From Camelus ferus (lineage: Eukaryota), in the NCBI RefSeq assembly GCF_009834535.1, contig NC_045697.1:118794001-118858000 (forward strand): 64,000 bases of DNA. Direction: 5' to 3'. Shown here one piece after another: positions 12,721 through 23,800 of the stretch. The notes under the pieces are model-generated. The model saw nothing but the letters and a program-made list of their open reading frames with translations, did not search any database and was not told where the DNA came from. The position numbers and the translations under genes are program-made. How positions within the stretch are numbered: the first letter of the stretch is position 1; each line of letters starts with the position of its first letter.

Positions 12721-13628
12721 TGAATGCTGGAGCTGGGAATGAGTGGAAGTCACGCACATTTTCGTAAGTCAGTCTACATGTCAGAACCTGGACCCAATGT
12801 CCATCGACCCTGCAGGGGAGAGTGTGGAGATCACACAAGGACATGTGTCTAGAAGGCAAAAAAGCAGGGAGCCATTGTGGGGCAGCCCACCCCAGAGGCC
12901 GAGATGGGACACTGGGCCTGAATCTGAACAAGACAGAATGACCTAGGAGGTTGTATGCCCGAGCGGACGGTGTCAGAGTTGTGTTCAATTTCAACCCCCC
13001 GACAGGGAGCTGGGAAGAAGACGGCAAGGAGGGCAACTTTCCCCAGAGCTCAGGGCGGACCATGGCCTGTGTGGGGTGCGCTCTGTGCTCTGCCAGCCTT
13101 ATGTGGGGCCCTTCCTTTGCTGAATCTGTGCACGAGCTCCCCGTGATGCCAGCCTGTGGGGGGTGACTGTAGGTGTTTATGTGTCTAAGGCATGATGGCT
13201 TCTCCAGGAAACAGGGGACAGAATGATCCCCACTGTGCCGATGGGGTACTGGGGAGACCCTGAGAGGCAGGTGGCTTGTCCAGGGTGACAGCACTGCTGT
13301 GGGGGGAGCCGGGCCTGAACCCAGCTGTGTCCTCAGAGCTGGGGCCCTGGCTGCATCCAGGCCTCCGCAGGGTTCTGGGGAGGGGGGCTGGGTTGGTGTC
13401 ACTGTGTGTGGACATGGCATGGGCTGGGAGGTGAGCCGTTGGCAGCCCAGAGAGGCCCTTGGGGAGCTTTGTGTAAGGAGGAGGCTTGGGGAAGGGGACC
13501 CCAGGAAGTGACCTCGCTTCCCTGGCAACAGAACCCAACAGAACTTAGAACCGAGGTCACCAGGCACCCACTCTGTCGAGAAGCCCCTACTCAGCTCACT
13601 TGGTTGGTGAACTCAGCTCAACTCAGTC

Positions 13629-15132
13629 ATGTTCTGCTGCGTCCCAAAACCCCGAGGCCGCAGCCCCTGGAAGGCCCGCGGCGAGGGGCTGGGCCAGCGG
13701 TGCCGGCGCTGAGTCCAGTCTCACCCCAGGCGCCTCTGGCCTTTCGGCCACAGGGACCCAAAGGTAACCCAGGGAGGCCCGGGGCAGGCCCGCCCAGGCC
13801 GGTCCACCACTCAGACCCCACCTGGGTAGCCCCACATCCCCTTCCTCGCTGCTGGAGGTGGGCAGTCATGTTGGGGTGGGGTAGGGGGGCCCTGCCTCAA
13901 GCACGAGCAGGTCAGAGGCCTGGGGGGCCGGTCACGTCCGCACCCCGGGTCCCAGCTGGCGGGCTGGGCTGTGGCGAGCCTGGCAGGGCCCTGCTGCCCG
14001 AGTTGAAGCCTGTGCCCTCTGGCTGGGTCTCTTCCCTCCCAGGTGGCCGTCTGAGCTGACCAAGGTCCCAGTCCGATCTGGCAGCAGAGGGTCGAGCGGG
14101 CAGAAGCAGGCGTGGTCCTGGCCGGGCAGGGCTCTGAGACCTCCAGGCCGGGCTGGCTGCCGGTCACTGTCATTGCAGAGCCGGACACCGCAGGAGCCGC
14201 TGCGTGAGGACACCCACGCCGCCTCCCCGAGCGAGGGGCCGCTGCACGCTTCTCAGGGCCAGCACGAGCTCTGGGTGAGTCTGCACAAGGAGGGGTCCCC
14301 GCCACCACGACGGCCTCCTACCCCGAAACCGCCCAGGCGTCACGCCAGGGTCCTGCCCGTGGGTGACAGGCAGCTCGGCAGACCCGGCTCTGACCTGGAG
14401 CACCTCCCTGGGAGTCAGGTGGAGGACCGGGAGCCCACCGAGGCAGAGCCCGAAGGTGAGAAGGGCGGGGCTGGTGCATGTGCGTAGGTGAGGGAGGGCC
14501 GAGGGCTGGGCCACACAGGGAGGCGTCCCCAGAGGCTGCTGCTGGCACCAGAGCAAAGACTGGCCTCAGACCATCTGTCTGGAAGAATTCAGTCACAGAA
14601 CACATCCTGTGGGTACTTGCTGGGTGGGAGCTGTCTGGAAAGCTCTGGGAAGATGTCTGTCCTTGAAGAGGCACATGGAAAGGGAGGCACGTGGGTAAAT
14701 TTTTCCTCTCTCACAGCATGAGCACCTCCACAAGGCTGAAAGCTCTCTCCACTTCCAACAGTTACAGGTCCGCAGCAGGCGGGGGCAGGGGAAGATGCCA
14801 GAGACCAAAACCAGGACCATCAGGATCCAGCAGGAGACCCCGAGCTCCCTCCTGCTGCTCCTGCAGCTCGTGCTGCTCCTGAAGCTCCTGCACCTGCACC
14901 TGGACCGCTGGGCCACGGAGAACCAGTCCAGGCATCACCAGCCCCTGGGCCTGAGCCCCCTCTGTGCCCACCCACACCTTCTTCTCCAAAATCCTACCAT
15001 CAGTCCCCTCCCCTACCCGAACTTGACTTCCCTTCCCCTGAAGATGTTTGTGTTTGGTTTTTCTTTACTTTCCTTTTTTTGTTTCACATCGATTATGGCA
15101 TCTTTTATTTTGCTGTTTTAAGTTTTCTTTAA
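13629..15132 (+). pseudogene. Three-exon RalGDS-derived (RALGDS-like) gene with a single premature stop; exons 13629-13763, 14179-14455, 14762-15132
   Basis: Canonical GT/AG sites with compatible phases (0 then 1), 783 nt spliced. Exon 1 reads MFCCVPKPRGRSPWKARGEGLGQRCRR*VQSHPRRLWPFGHRDPK (TGA 13710-13712). Exon 2 ends QLGRPGSDLEHL..QVEDREPTEAEPE, similar to RALGDS QLNMPGSDLERR..QLEHSEPIEAEPE. Exon 3 is Pro/Ala-rich then hydrophobic. TAA 15130-15132 overlaps AATAAA 15131-15136. Confidence 0.75.
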
Positions 15133-15444
15133 TAAAATATAGATTTTTTTCCCCTTTTAAATTGTGCAATTCAGGAGCGTTAAGTGCATTCACAATGCTG
15201 TGCGACCATCACTACCATCTAATTTCACACTATTTCTTTCCTCAAAGTACAACCCTGGATCCAGAGCGCGCACTCCCCTCCCTCCCTCCCCAGCCCCTCT
15301 CAGCCCCGAGTCCTCTTCGTCTCTGGGGGTCTGTACCTCTCCTGGGTGTTCCCTGTCAATGAAACCATATGAAAGGTGGCTTTTTGTGCCTGCCCACATG
15401 TTTTAAGCTGGGGCTGGTGATTTTCTTTTGTTTTTACTTGAAGT

Positions 15445-16105
15445 AGCATTTTTATTATTTGAAAGGGAAATCCAGGGGAATTAAAGATGTGATGCACAAA
15501 ATGAAGCCCTTTTAGTAACACTGTGCATAATCTCGGGGTAGACACTGCTGTTCTCCCTGTGACACCACAGCCAGAGGACAGAAGGGAGACGCTTAGCTCT
15601 TCCTGTGGCAAAAACAAAACCAAACAAATCAAAAAACAAGCCAAAGCCCAGAAAAACAGCTGGAAAGACACACCACAACCTGGAAAAAGCGTTCCTCATA
15701 ACCCAAGGTTGGAGAAAGGTTTCATGTCCCTGTGGTCCAAAAACCTCTCGAAACCCAGTGTTCTCAACAGAAACCGCACACACACGGGCAGTTTCAACGA
15801 GAGGCAGCGCAGGTGGCCAGTGTGTGCTAGAGATGCTCGACCTCTCGGGTGAGAACACGGGCAGACGGACACAGTATGGGCAGCACTGGTCACCATCATG
15901 CTGGCAGGTCTTTAGCCTGCTGACAACCAGCCCTGGTGACAATGTGAGGAGGCAGAGGCCCCAGCAGGTCTCCTGGAGGGAAGAGCAAACAGATGCTCCT
16001 CTCCGGGGGAAAAGGGTACAGGACACATCGAAGGGCCACAGGTGCATCCCTGCCCCAAAAGTGCTGATCCTCTAGACGTCATCCCAGTAAAGTCCTTGCA
16101 CAGCT
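15445..16105 (+). repeat. Direct repeat copy 2 (partner 11810-12470)
   Basis: See copy 1. Confidence 0.95.
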
Positions 16106-17698
16106 GTTCAAAGATGTCTTTTCAAGGGTGTTCATCACAGCACTGGTTGAAACAGTGGGAATTAAAGCAACACTAGGTTGATGGAGAGGGAATGGTTTCC
16201 ATCAGTTCTGGTTCACGTGGATGAATGAATGGTGTGCAGTTGGAAAAGTGGATGTCGGGTTTCTACCCGATGTCAAGGGAGGCCTCAAGGTGGAAGTATG
16301 CAGACCCACTCTCTGCATCCTGGGTCCCATCTGCACGACCACATATGTGTGAAATCAACATAGATGTAAATGAATCTGATTGTGAGTGTGTGAGAGACAG
16401 AGATAGAGAGATACATACTGAGAGACACAGAGACTGATAGATAAGCACCAAATCATTCATGACAGTCACCTCTGTGGGTGGGATTTACAAATCTCTTCTC
16501 TTCTCTTTTAGGCAATGTTTCAATTTTTTGTTATGTGTATTGCTCTACTAATTCTAAAAGGATTAAAATCCTATGTGAATGTGACCCATCCATTACTCAT
16601 CTATGGAGTAATTGAAGTACATTAATCCTATATTTAAAAGATTTATTATGAGGACAATAAGCATTTATGAGAGTAAAATATGAATTCTACAGGAGTTAAG
16701 AATCTGTAAAGAATAAAGCCTTCTCAGGACTCAGTTCCAAGTCAGCTCCATGGCAGTAGAGGTTCTCCAGGATGTCGTGTCCGTTCTGCATCAGCATCCC
16801 ACAGAGGTGAGGAAGTACCAGGCTTGGCCACTGAAGGCTGCAATAGGTGAGAGATTTTGTTGAGAGAAATTAAGACCTACATTCACAGAAAATAACCCCA
16901 AATTCATGGAGCGGACTACTAAGATGACAATAGTCCATGAATAGATCTAAGGATTCAAAGAATGCCTGCCCAAATCCCAGGTGGTGTTTTGCAGGAATTG
17001 ACAATCAATCTGAAATTCACGTGGAAAATCCAGGGGCTCATAATAGATGAGTGAATCTTGAAAAAGAAGAACAAAGTTCGAGGAATGGAAAGTCAGATGG
17101 AACCCATGGCTGATACAAAGGCACTTTAAGCTGAAGATGCCTGAGATTCGATAGATGCAGAAGGAAACCTGTCATGGAAGCCAGTTCTTTCCTCTCCCTT
17201 TGCCCTATTAAGTTAGGTTGATAAAAAAGCCTTTAACTTGCACCATGTAACATGTAGTTACTTTTCTGGTTGGCTCCTGCGTGTGTATAAGTAAACTCTT
17301 TATCTTGTTCATCTCCTCTTTACTTCTGTGGACTCTTTGGGAGGGACTCTGGATGATGGGGACCTGCTCTTATCTCATCTTCTTTAGTGACATCTTTTGT
17401 CTGTTGCTATTAAGGACCTGGGAGTTGATGTTTCTGTATTTTATAGATAGTAGTGTGTATCTGTACCTGCTCCTGGGGCACGTATTGTCTTTCCTGCCAG
17501 CCGAGCCACAAAGGAGCGCGAGGCTCTGAGCACGGAGCAGCAGGTGAGCGAGGGGGCAGAGCTGCCAGCACGCCAGGATGGCTGAAGGCACCCAGCGAGG
17601 GTGAGTGGTGGGGGGCCGGGTGCGGCTCAGCCGGCCGGTGAGTCCCCTGGCCGGCAGGGCCGGTGGCACCTTCCCTGTGGCCTGGCACCAGAGCCACC

Positions 17699-18719
17699 AT
17701 GTCGTTGGCCCTCGAGGAGATAGTCGAGTTTGACTGGGTGGCCATGAGGCCGCATGGGCTGGAGGAGCAGGAGAAGCACAGGTTTGTCTCTGTCGTCTCC
17801 CGGAATGAGACTGAGGCTAAGTTTGCCATAAGCTGCCACAACCAGCCGGCCCAGAGGCAGAGGAGCAGCATCCAGCATCAGGCGGGTGTGCAAGGGGGCG
17901 CCGAGCCTGGCGCACCCACATCCGACAGGACCTGCAGGCCGAGCTGCCCAGTGAGCAGGGGCCTGGCCCGAGGCCACTGCCTCGGTAACACCGGGCAGGA
18001 GCCTGGGGCCCCCGGAGGCTCCCGGCCTGGGCGGAGGGCAGCTCTCCTCGGAGCATGTGCAGCCTTCCAGGGTGCCCGCTGCCATGGAGTTTGGCAGGAA
18101 AGGAGGCGGAGAGTCCTCTCCAGAGCCCAGTGCGGGCCACGTCCAGCCCGGCCCGGAGTGCATCTGGAGGCAGTAGGTGGGGCGGGGGCCAGCCGCGATG
18201 GCGCCCTAGGAGGCCCCGGTGTTGTCAGTGCGGGTAGTGAGCGCCTGCGTGACGGTCACCGAGGAGACTGAGATGCTAGAAATGGTGAGGGAGGGCGAGG
18301 CGGACCGGGCATCGCTGGGCTCTTGGTGGCGGAGCAGCTGCCACATGGCAGGGAGCTGGAGTCCCTGGCGAGGAGCTGGGCTGGGCGCTTCCTTCAGCAT
18401 CTGCGCGGCGCACCAGCACCCCAGCTCCGTGCGCTCGCAGCTGGAGCCATGCCTGCCGGTACTCCCCGCGGGGCTCTGGGGCGTGTGGACAGTGCTGTCC
18501 GGGGGCGCCCCAGAGATGACTGAGCAGGAGGTCCCCATTCTGCGTTACCAGCTCCAGGTCTCCCTGGGCCACGCACTGGACACCTCCAGCTGGAAGATCC
18601 TCTCCCAGGTGCTCTTCATAGAGACCCGTGACCCAGAGGGGTATTATGAAAGCCTTAGCGAGCTGCAGCAGAAGGGCTACAGAGAAGAGCTTCAGGGGGC
18701 CAGGGAGCACATCCAGGAG
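17699..18719 (+). pseudogene. JMY: Unprocessed, frameshifted copy of JMY exon 1
   Basis: GCCACCATG start. MSLALEEIVEFDWVAMRPHGLEEQEKHRFVSVVSRNETEAKFAISCHN matches JMY MSFALEETLESDWVAVRPHVFDEREKHKFVFIVAWNEIEGKFAITCHN. Later SQLEPCLPV..WTVLSGGAPEMTEQE..YQLQV.LGH.LDT..WKILSQVLF.ET.DPE.YYESLSEL. Homology switches frame several times and ends IQE|GTAAAG at a splice donor. Confidence 0.92.
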
Positions 18720-19190
18720 GTAAAGACCTAGTCTGGGCTCCAGTCATAGCTTTTGGTTACTCACTGCCGAAGGCTGGAGCCTAGGCCTAGGCTGTGCGCT
18801 TCTGGGACACTTGTTTTTCTAGACAAGGGAAAAGGAAAACCTGCTTGTGTATTTTCAATTTCTTGTCCACTAGATGGTGGATCACAGTCCCTTATCCTAA
18901 CAACAGAGTTCTTTCTCACAGGTTTGCGTTTCTCTCACAAAGCCCACACTGGGCTTTACACGTGGAAAGTGCAAATTGGAAATCATCCAATACATTAAAA
19001 AAATTTTTTACAGCCTTCCCCTTGGAAAGCAGAAAGCTGAAATGACACGAGGGGGAAGGTTAGGAAGAGGAGATGAGAAGGGATGAGAAATGTGGGAATA
19101 CACGGACTAGCAGAGCTAAGCTACACTACCCAGGAAGCCACGGGTGGGCCCACCACACCTATCACGTCTGTCTGGCTCCTGCAACTCTGT

Positions 19191-19234
19191 CATCCATGCA
19201 TGACTCCCAGGACATCCATGCATGACTCCCAGGA
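19191..19234. repeat. Perfect 22-bp tandem duplication
   Basis: catccatgcatgactcccagga twice. Confidence 0.9.
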
Positions 19235-19540
19235 GCGCAGAGAAGAAGGCCGTGGAGTCCCCAGCAGTGCAGCAGTGACTGCTCCCACCTGCCAGATTAT
19301 CCTGGGAAACTGCGACCACACCAACCTGCACCTGGAGAGGTGAAAAGACACTACCCACTGTCCCCAGTTTTATTAATGAATTAAAAATTTCTTGTCCTGG
19401 GCTTACTGGCCAATAATTGTGCAGATGAGCTAAATCAAAGGAGAAATTTCTAAAGTTCGTGACTGGCTGTTTTTATGATGTGATATTCCTTGAATGATGT
19501 GGATTTCCTTCAAGGCTATTTGTTATCTCTTGTCATTTAG

Positions 19541-19656
19541 TGTTTCCAATGTTGTAAATACCTTGGAATGTTTACTTTGGGTAGTGACAACGATTGATAA
19601 TGGCGCACTATTCGAAAGAATAGCTGGATAAAGACTTTGAATAGTTCATGAAATAG
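19541..19656 (+). pseudogene. CEP162: Isolated, disabled CEP162 first coding exon
   Basis: Acceptor tcttgtcatttAG and donor GTAAGT (19657). ATG 19600 gives MAHYSKE*LDKDFE*FMK*, versus the CEP162 N-terminus MANCSQEELDEEFEQFMKE; three TAG codons replace E/Q codons. Confidence 0.75.
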
Positions 19657-19688
19657 GTAAGTTTCTATTTCTAAAAGCTATATTGTAA

Positions 19689-19915
19689 TCACATTTTTTT
19701 CATTATAGGTTACTACAAGATATTGAATATAATTTCCTGTGCTATATAGAAGAAATTTGCTGTTTATCTATTTTATATGTAGTAGGTAGTATCTGCAAAT
19801 CTCAAACTCCCAATGTATCCCTTCCCACCAGTATACGTATGTATGTGTATGGCTGGAACGTTGTGCTGTGCACCAGAAATTGACACACATTGTAAACTGA
19901 CTGTACTTCAACTTA
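19689..19915 (+). mobile_element. Short L1 3' insertion with 5' inversion (twin priming)
   Basis: Antisense L1 3'UTR piece followed by a sense terminal piece ending in an A-run. TSD-like aaaagctatattgtaa (19673-19688) / aaaaactatactgtaa (19916-19931). Confidence 0.75.
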
Positions 19916-19979
19916 AAAAACTATACTGTAAGTTTGTCTCATAAGCAACTCCTTCAGTTCTTGCTTTCATCTGCAAGAT

Positions 19980-20630
19980 ACAGTCAGTCTGTCACCAAGC
20001 TCTGTCACCTCTGTCTCAGGAATATATCTGTCATCCCTCTAGTTCTCTCCCTCTTTACTGCCACCATCCTAACCTAGGACACCGTCATCTCACCTAGGCC
20101 ACTGAGACAGTTCCCAAGTACTGTCCCAGTGTTCCTTCACCACAGTGCAGCCAGCCTGGTCTGTGACATAAATCAGACTGTGTTCCTCCCTGATATAGAA
20201 CACTCTGTTGGCCTCCCATCACATGAGAATAAAATCCAGACTCCTTGCGGTTTATAAAGCCCTGGATGGGTTTGCAAGCATCCAACTCGCTGACTTTATA
20301 CCACTCTTCCCCCTTGTCCACTTGTGCTACAGTGGCCTTTCTTCTCCCCTAGACATGCCAAGCTCATTTCATGTTAGGAGCTTTGAACTAACTGTTCCCT
20401 CTGCCAATAATGCTGTTTGTTTCCCTGTTCTTTACCTGGTAGGTGAATATTTCTCTTTAAAAATCACTACCTGAGAGAGGTTATTTTCTGTTGATCCAGT
20501 AGAAGAGTAACCAAGTCACTTCTTAGTACACTGTGTCCTTCATTCTCTATGCAGCCCTTGGAACCACTCACTGTTTGACTTTTTCAGCTCGATTTTCTGC
20601 CTCCCGTAAGAATGAACGGTCCATGACATG
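19980..20630 (+). mobile_element. LINE-2 fragment
   Basis: L2-typical text (actgccaccatcct...catctcacctagg, gaataaaatccagactcctt, ctgttccctctgcc). Confidence 0.7.
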
Positions 20631-21624
20631 ATGGGTATTTTTTTTGTATTGAAGCATGGTTAATGTACAAGATTATATTAGTTTCAGGAGTACAACATAG
20701 TGGTTCTATATTTTTGTAGATTATACTCCATTTAAAGTTATTATAAAATGCTGGCTATATTCCTGTGCTGTACAACAAATCCTTGTAACATTTATTTTAT
20801 ACACAGTAGTTTCTACCTTTTAACAGCTACCAAAATTAGAAATGTAAAAATAAAAAAGACTAAATCTCCCCACCTAAAAATGAGAGTGTTAACAACCATT
20901 TACATAAATTAAAAATAAATGAAAATAAATGTTCATTAAAAAAAGTAGACTACAGTTTAAAAAAACTGTTTGCCTCCACTTCCTCTCAAAAACCCTTAAA
21001 ATAACAAAGGAATAAAAAGTACAAAGAGAACAGGAGATGAAGTGACTACAGAGAGGAGATGTCAGGAAATTCTAGAAGATAGAACGTAGATAGACAAGGA
21101 GTAACTAAGGAAAAATGGAGCAAAACCTAAGTTCCTGCGGCACCGTCCAGCAATGCCCAGCCAACCCCTGATGTGAAACCCTAGAAAAGGTCAGAAATGA
21201 AGTCACTAGTCGCCCCCAAAGGCATGGGCACAGGGCAAAGTGGAAACCAGGCTTTTTCTCCTGTATGGACAGCCCAGGATCACCAGACATTTGACAGAAG
21301 TCTAAGATGAAAGCAAAAAAGAAAATTAACCTGGAGAAAACTGAGACAATACACAAGAAGAAAAGGATCACAGACTGTGTTAAAACTTTAAGATGGAAGG
21401 CACGGGATGGTTGGTTGTGCTCCTGAAGCTGAGTGTCACCTGTTGAGGAGCACGAAGAACGTGGCATCACTTTTGGTGATGTTCCTGCCAAACTGAAGGC
21501 TATTCCACAAAGTAACTGGCTGCAATCTTCAAAAGTATCAAGGTCATGAAAGTCAAAGGAAGACTGAAGAAACATTTCTGACTAAAGGACACTAAAGAAA
21601 TGTGACAAATGCAATACACATTCT

Positions 21625-21776
21625 TTTTTGTTTGTTTTGTTTTGTTTTTTGTTTGTTTTGGGGGGGAGGTAATTAGGTTTCTTTATGTATTTTAAAATTA
21701 ATTTATTTTTTATTGGAGGTACTGGGGATTGAACCCAGGACCTTGTGGACACTAAGCACCCAGTTTACTGCTGAAC
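21625..21776 (-). mobile_element. tRNA-derived SINE (camelid vic-1-like)
   Basis: gggggaggtaattaggttt...gaggtactggggattgaacccaggacctt with a T-rich tail. Confidence 0.8.
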
Positions 21777-22391
21777 AACACATTCTGAAGTGTATCTTTT
21801 TTTTTTTTTTTTTTTTACTATAAAGGATATTACTGGGATGATTGATGAAATCTAATAAAGGTCTCAGGATTGGGTAATATGAATGATCTATGTTTAGTTC
21901 CTGATTTTGATGGTTGTGTTGTGATTATGTAGGAAGATGACCGAAGCACCCCATTAAGCCTTTGGGGGTGATGATAAAAAAAAGTTCTTTATATTGTACT
22001 TGGAATTCTGTAAGTTTCAGATGGCTTTAAACTAAAAAAAATAATACTTATTTGTGGTTTTAAAAGGGAAATGAATAACCATTCTTACACATGGGTCTAA
22101 AAAATTTAAAATGTCACTAATAAGATGTGTTTTGCAATGATGTAAGAGAGTAAAAGCCAACCATCTGGAGATCACCAATTCATTTATTAAAAATGATCCT
22201 GAAATTACATTGCTTTAATTTTTAAACTACAAGAAGCCAAAAGGAAAATTCTATGTATTACCGATATTTGCATGCCAAGCATTAGGGAAATTGCTATTCA
22301 AAACAAAAACCATAGTAGCAATTTCTCTGTTTTATAACATTGGCATTTCATCTCTGGGGTAGATGGGCTTCTTAAGAAAAACATCTTTAAG

Positions 22392-22565
22392 GGCGTTATG
22401 GACTGAATGTTCACAAGTTGAAATTCTATTCTGCCCCTCCACCCCCCTTCCTTCTCCTCCTTGCGAGGTGCTAAGAGGTGAGGCCTTCGGAAGGTGATTA
22501 GGATTAGACGAGGTCGTGAAGGTGGAGCCCTCCTGAATGGGATTAGTGTCCTTATAAGTGTCATC
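22392..22565 (+). mobile_element. MaLR LTR (MLT1/MST-like) 5' fragment abutting the CpG island
   Basis: gttatggactgaatgt...ggtgaggccttcggaaggtgattaggattaga...aatgggattagtgtccttataag. Confidence 0.7.
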
Positions 22566-22569
22566 AGTC

Positions 22570-23800
22570 TGCACCGCTTTCCTTCCGCCCCTCTCTCTGG
22601 AGAGAGGGGGGAGCCCCGCCCTGAGCGAGCAGCACAGCGAGCTGAGCCGCCGCCGCCGCCGCCGCCAGGAGAGCGAGGACACCCGAGGACCCAGCTCCGG
22701 GCACTGGCCGCCGCGGAGACCTCGGACCTACCTGCGGCCAGCGGGAGCCGCGGCCGCCCCTCCGCCCCCACCTTCCCGGCGGCAGCGGCGGCGTAGGGAG
22801 CAGGCTGCACACGTCGGAGCCCGCGCCCCGCGGCGGGGGGGCAGGAGCGGCTGCCTCTGGCGGGACTAGTCAGCCACTCCGCGGTGAGAGGACGCCGCGG
22901 AGGGGCGGCAGCTTCTGTCTCGTCCAGAGGCGCGGGGCGAGGGACCCCCCACAAGGTGGAGGGAGGGGGTCGCAGCCGTAGCTACACGTGCGGGAGTCGG
23001 GAGCGGGGGCGGTGCCGAGCGGGGCGGCACCTCGGCCACCCGCCCACGGCCGTAGCATCTCGCCCTGGGGAATATGAGCCGGGACCCCCAGCTCGGCTAC
23101 CCCGACCCCGGCCCCCGGTGTTGGGGGGGCTGATGTGAAGCGGCAGCCGGGGCGGCGGGGACAGCAGGCCCCGCGCCGCCGTCCTTTCCTTCCCTCCCCC
23201 CGCCCCTCCGCCCCCTCGGGGACTTCTCCCTCGGCCAGTGGCCGGCCCCCAGCTCCGCGGCAGGACTGCGGGGCAGGTCTGAGAGCGCCCTCCCCCGCCC
23301 CAGCCCCGAGGGCGGCGGGCCGGGTTGGGGCACCCGGGGGACCCGCGGCTTCTGCCCAGAGGAAACTACGGAAACGAAATCCGGAGCCTCCCAAACGTGA
23401 CTGTCCGGGAACAAGTGGCCCGGGACGGGCCGAAGACCCAGCCTGAAGAGATCCAGGAAGAGGAGAGGAGGTAATTGGGGCCGCCGCCTCCTCTGCTCCG
23501 CGGGCGCGGAAGACACCCGGGTGGCCGCCCGGCTTAGCGGTACCAGCCCCGCTGCTTCCTCGGTAACGCGCGGGCCTAGCCGCAGCTGCCGCCTCGATCC
23601 CGGAGGAGGAAGGGAACCAGCCCACTTCCAGCGCTCCGCTCTTCTCTAACGTGTGAGTGGCCCCGGGAAGGGGAATTGGGGGTGAAGGGAGGGGGAGGAG
23701 GCCCGCGCATCCCGCGGAGTTTTGCCGACGTTTTCCCGGAGTGTGGGGAGTGTATAGGTGAGCGGGGAACCGAGTCCTCGCTGCGGGCAGAAGGCATCAG
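22570..23800. promoter_or_regulatory. CpG island, probable bidirectional promoter
   Basis: Very high GC/CpG, GC boxes (ccgccc), (GCC)n near 22646-22667. Minus-strand donor GCAG|GTAGGT at 22732/22731 and plus-strand donor GAG|GTAATT at 23470/23471. Confidence 0.8.

Noticed and set aside
12530..13567. 345-aa minus-strand ORF
   Set aside because: Runs through a microsatellite and GC-rich promoter-like DNA, with no recognisable domain.
17699..18731. Functional JMY gene
   Set aside because: Multiple frameshifts, and no further JMY exons are recognisable downstream.
22298..23625. Several 100-250 aa ORFs
   Set aside because: Expected stop-poor frames in a CpG island; low-complexity Gly/Ala/Pro/Arg.
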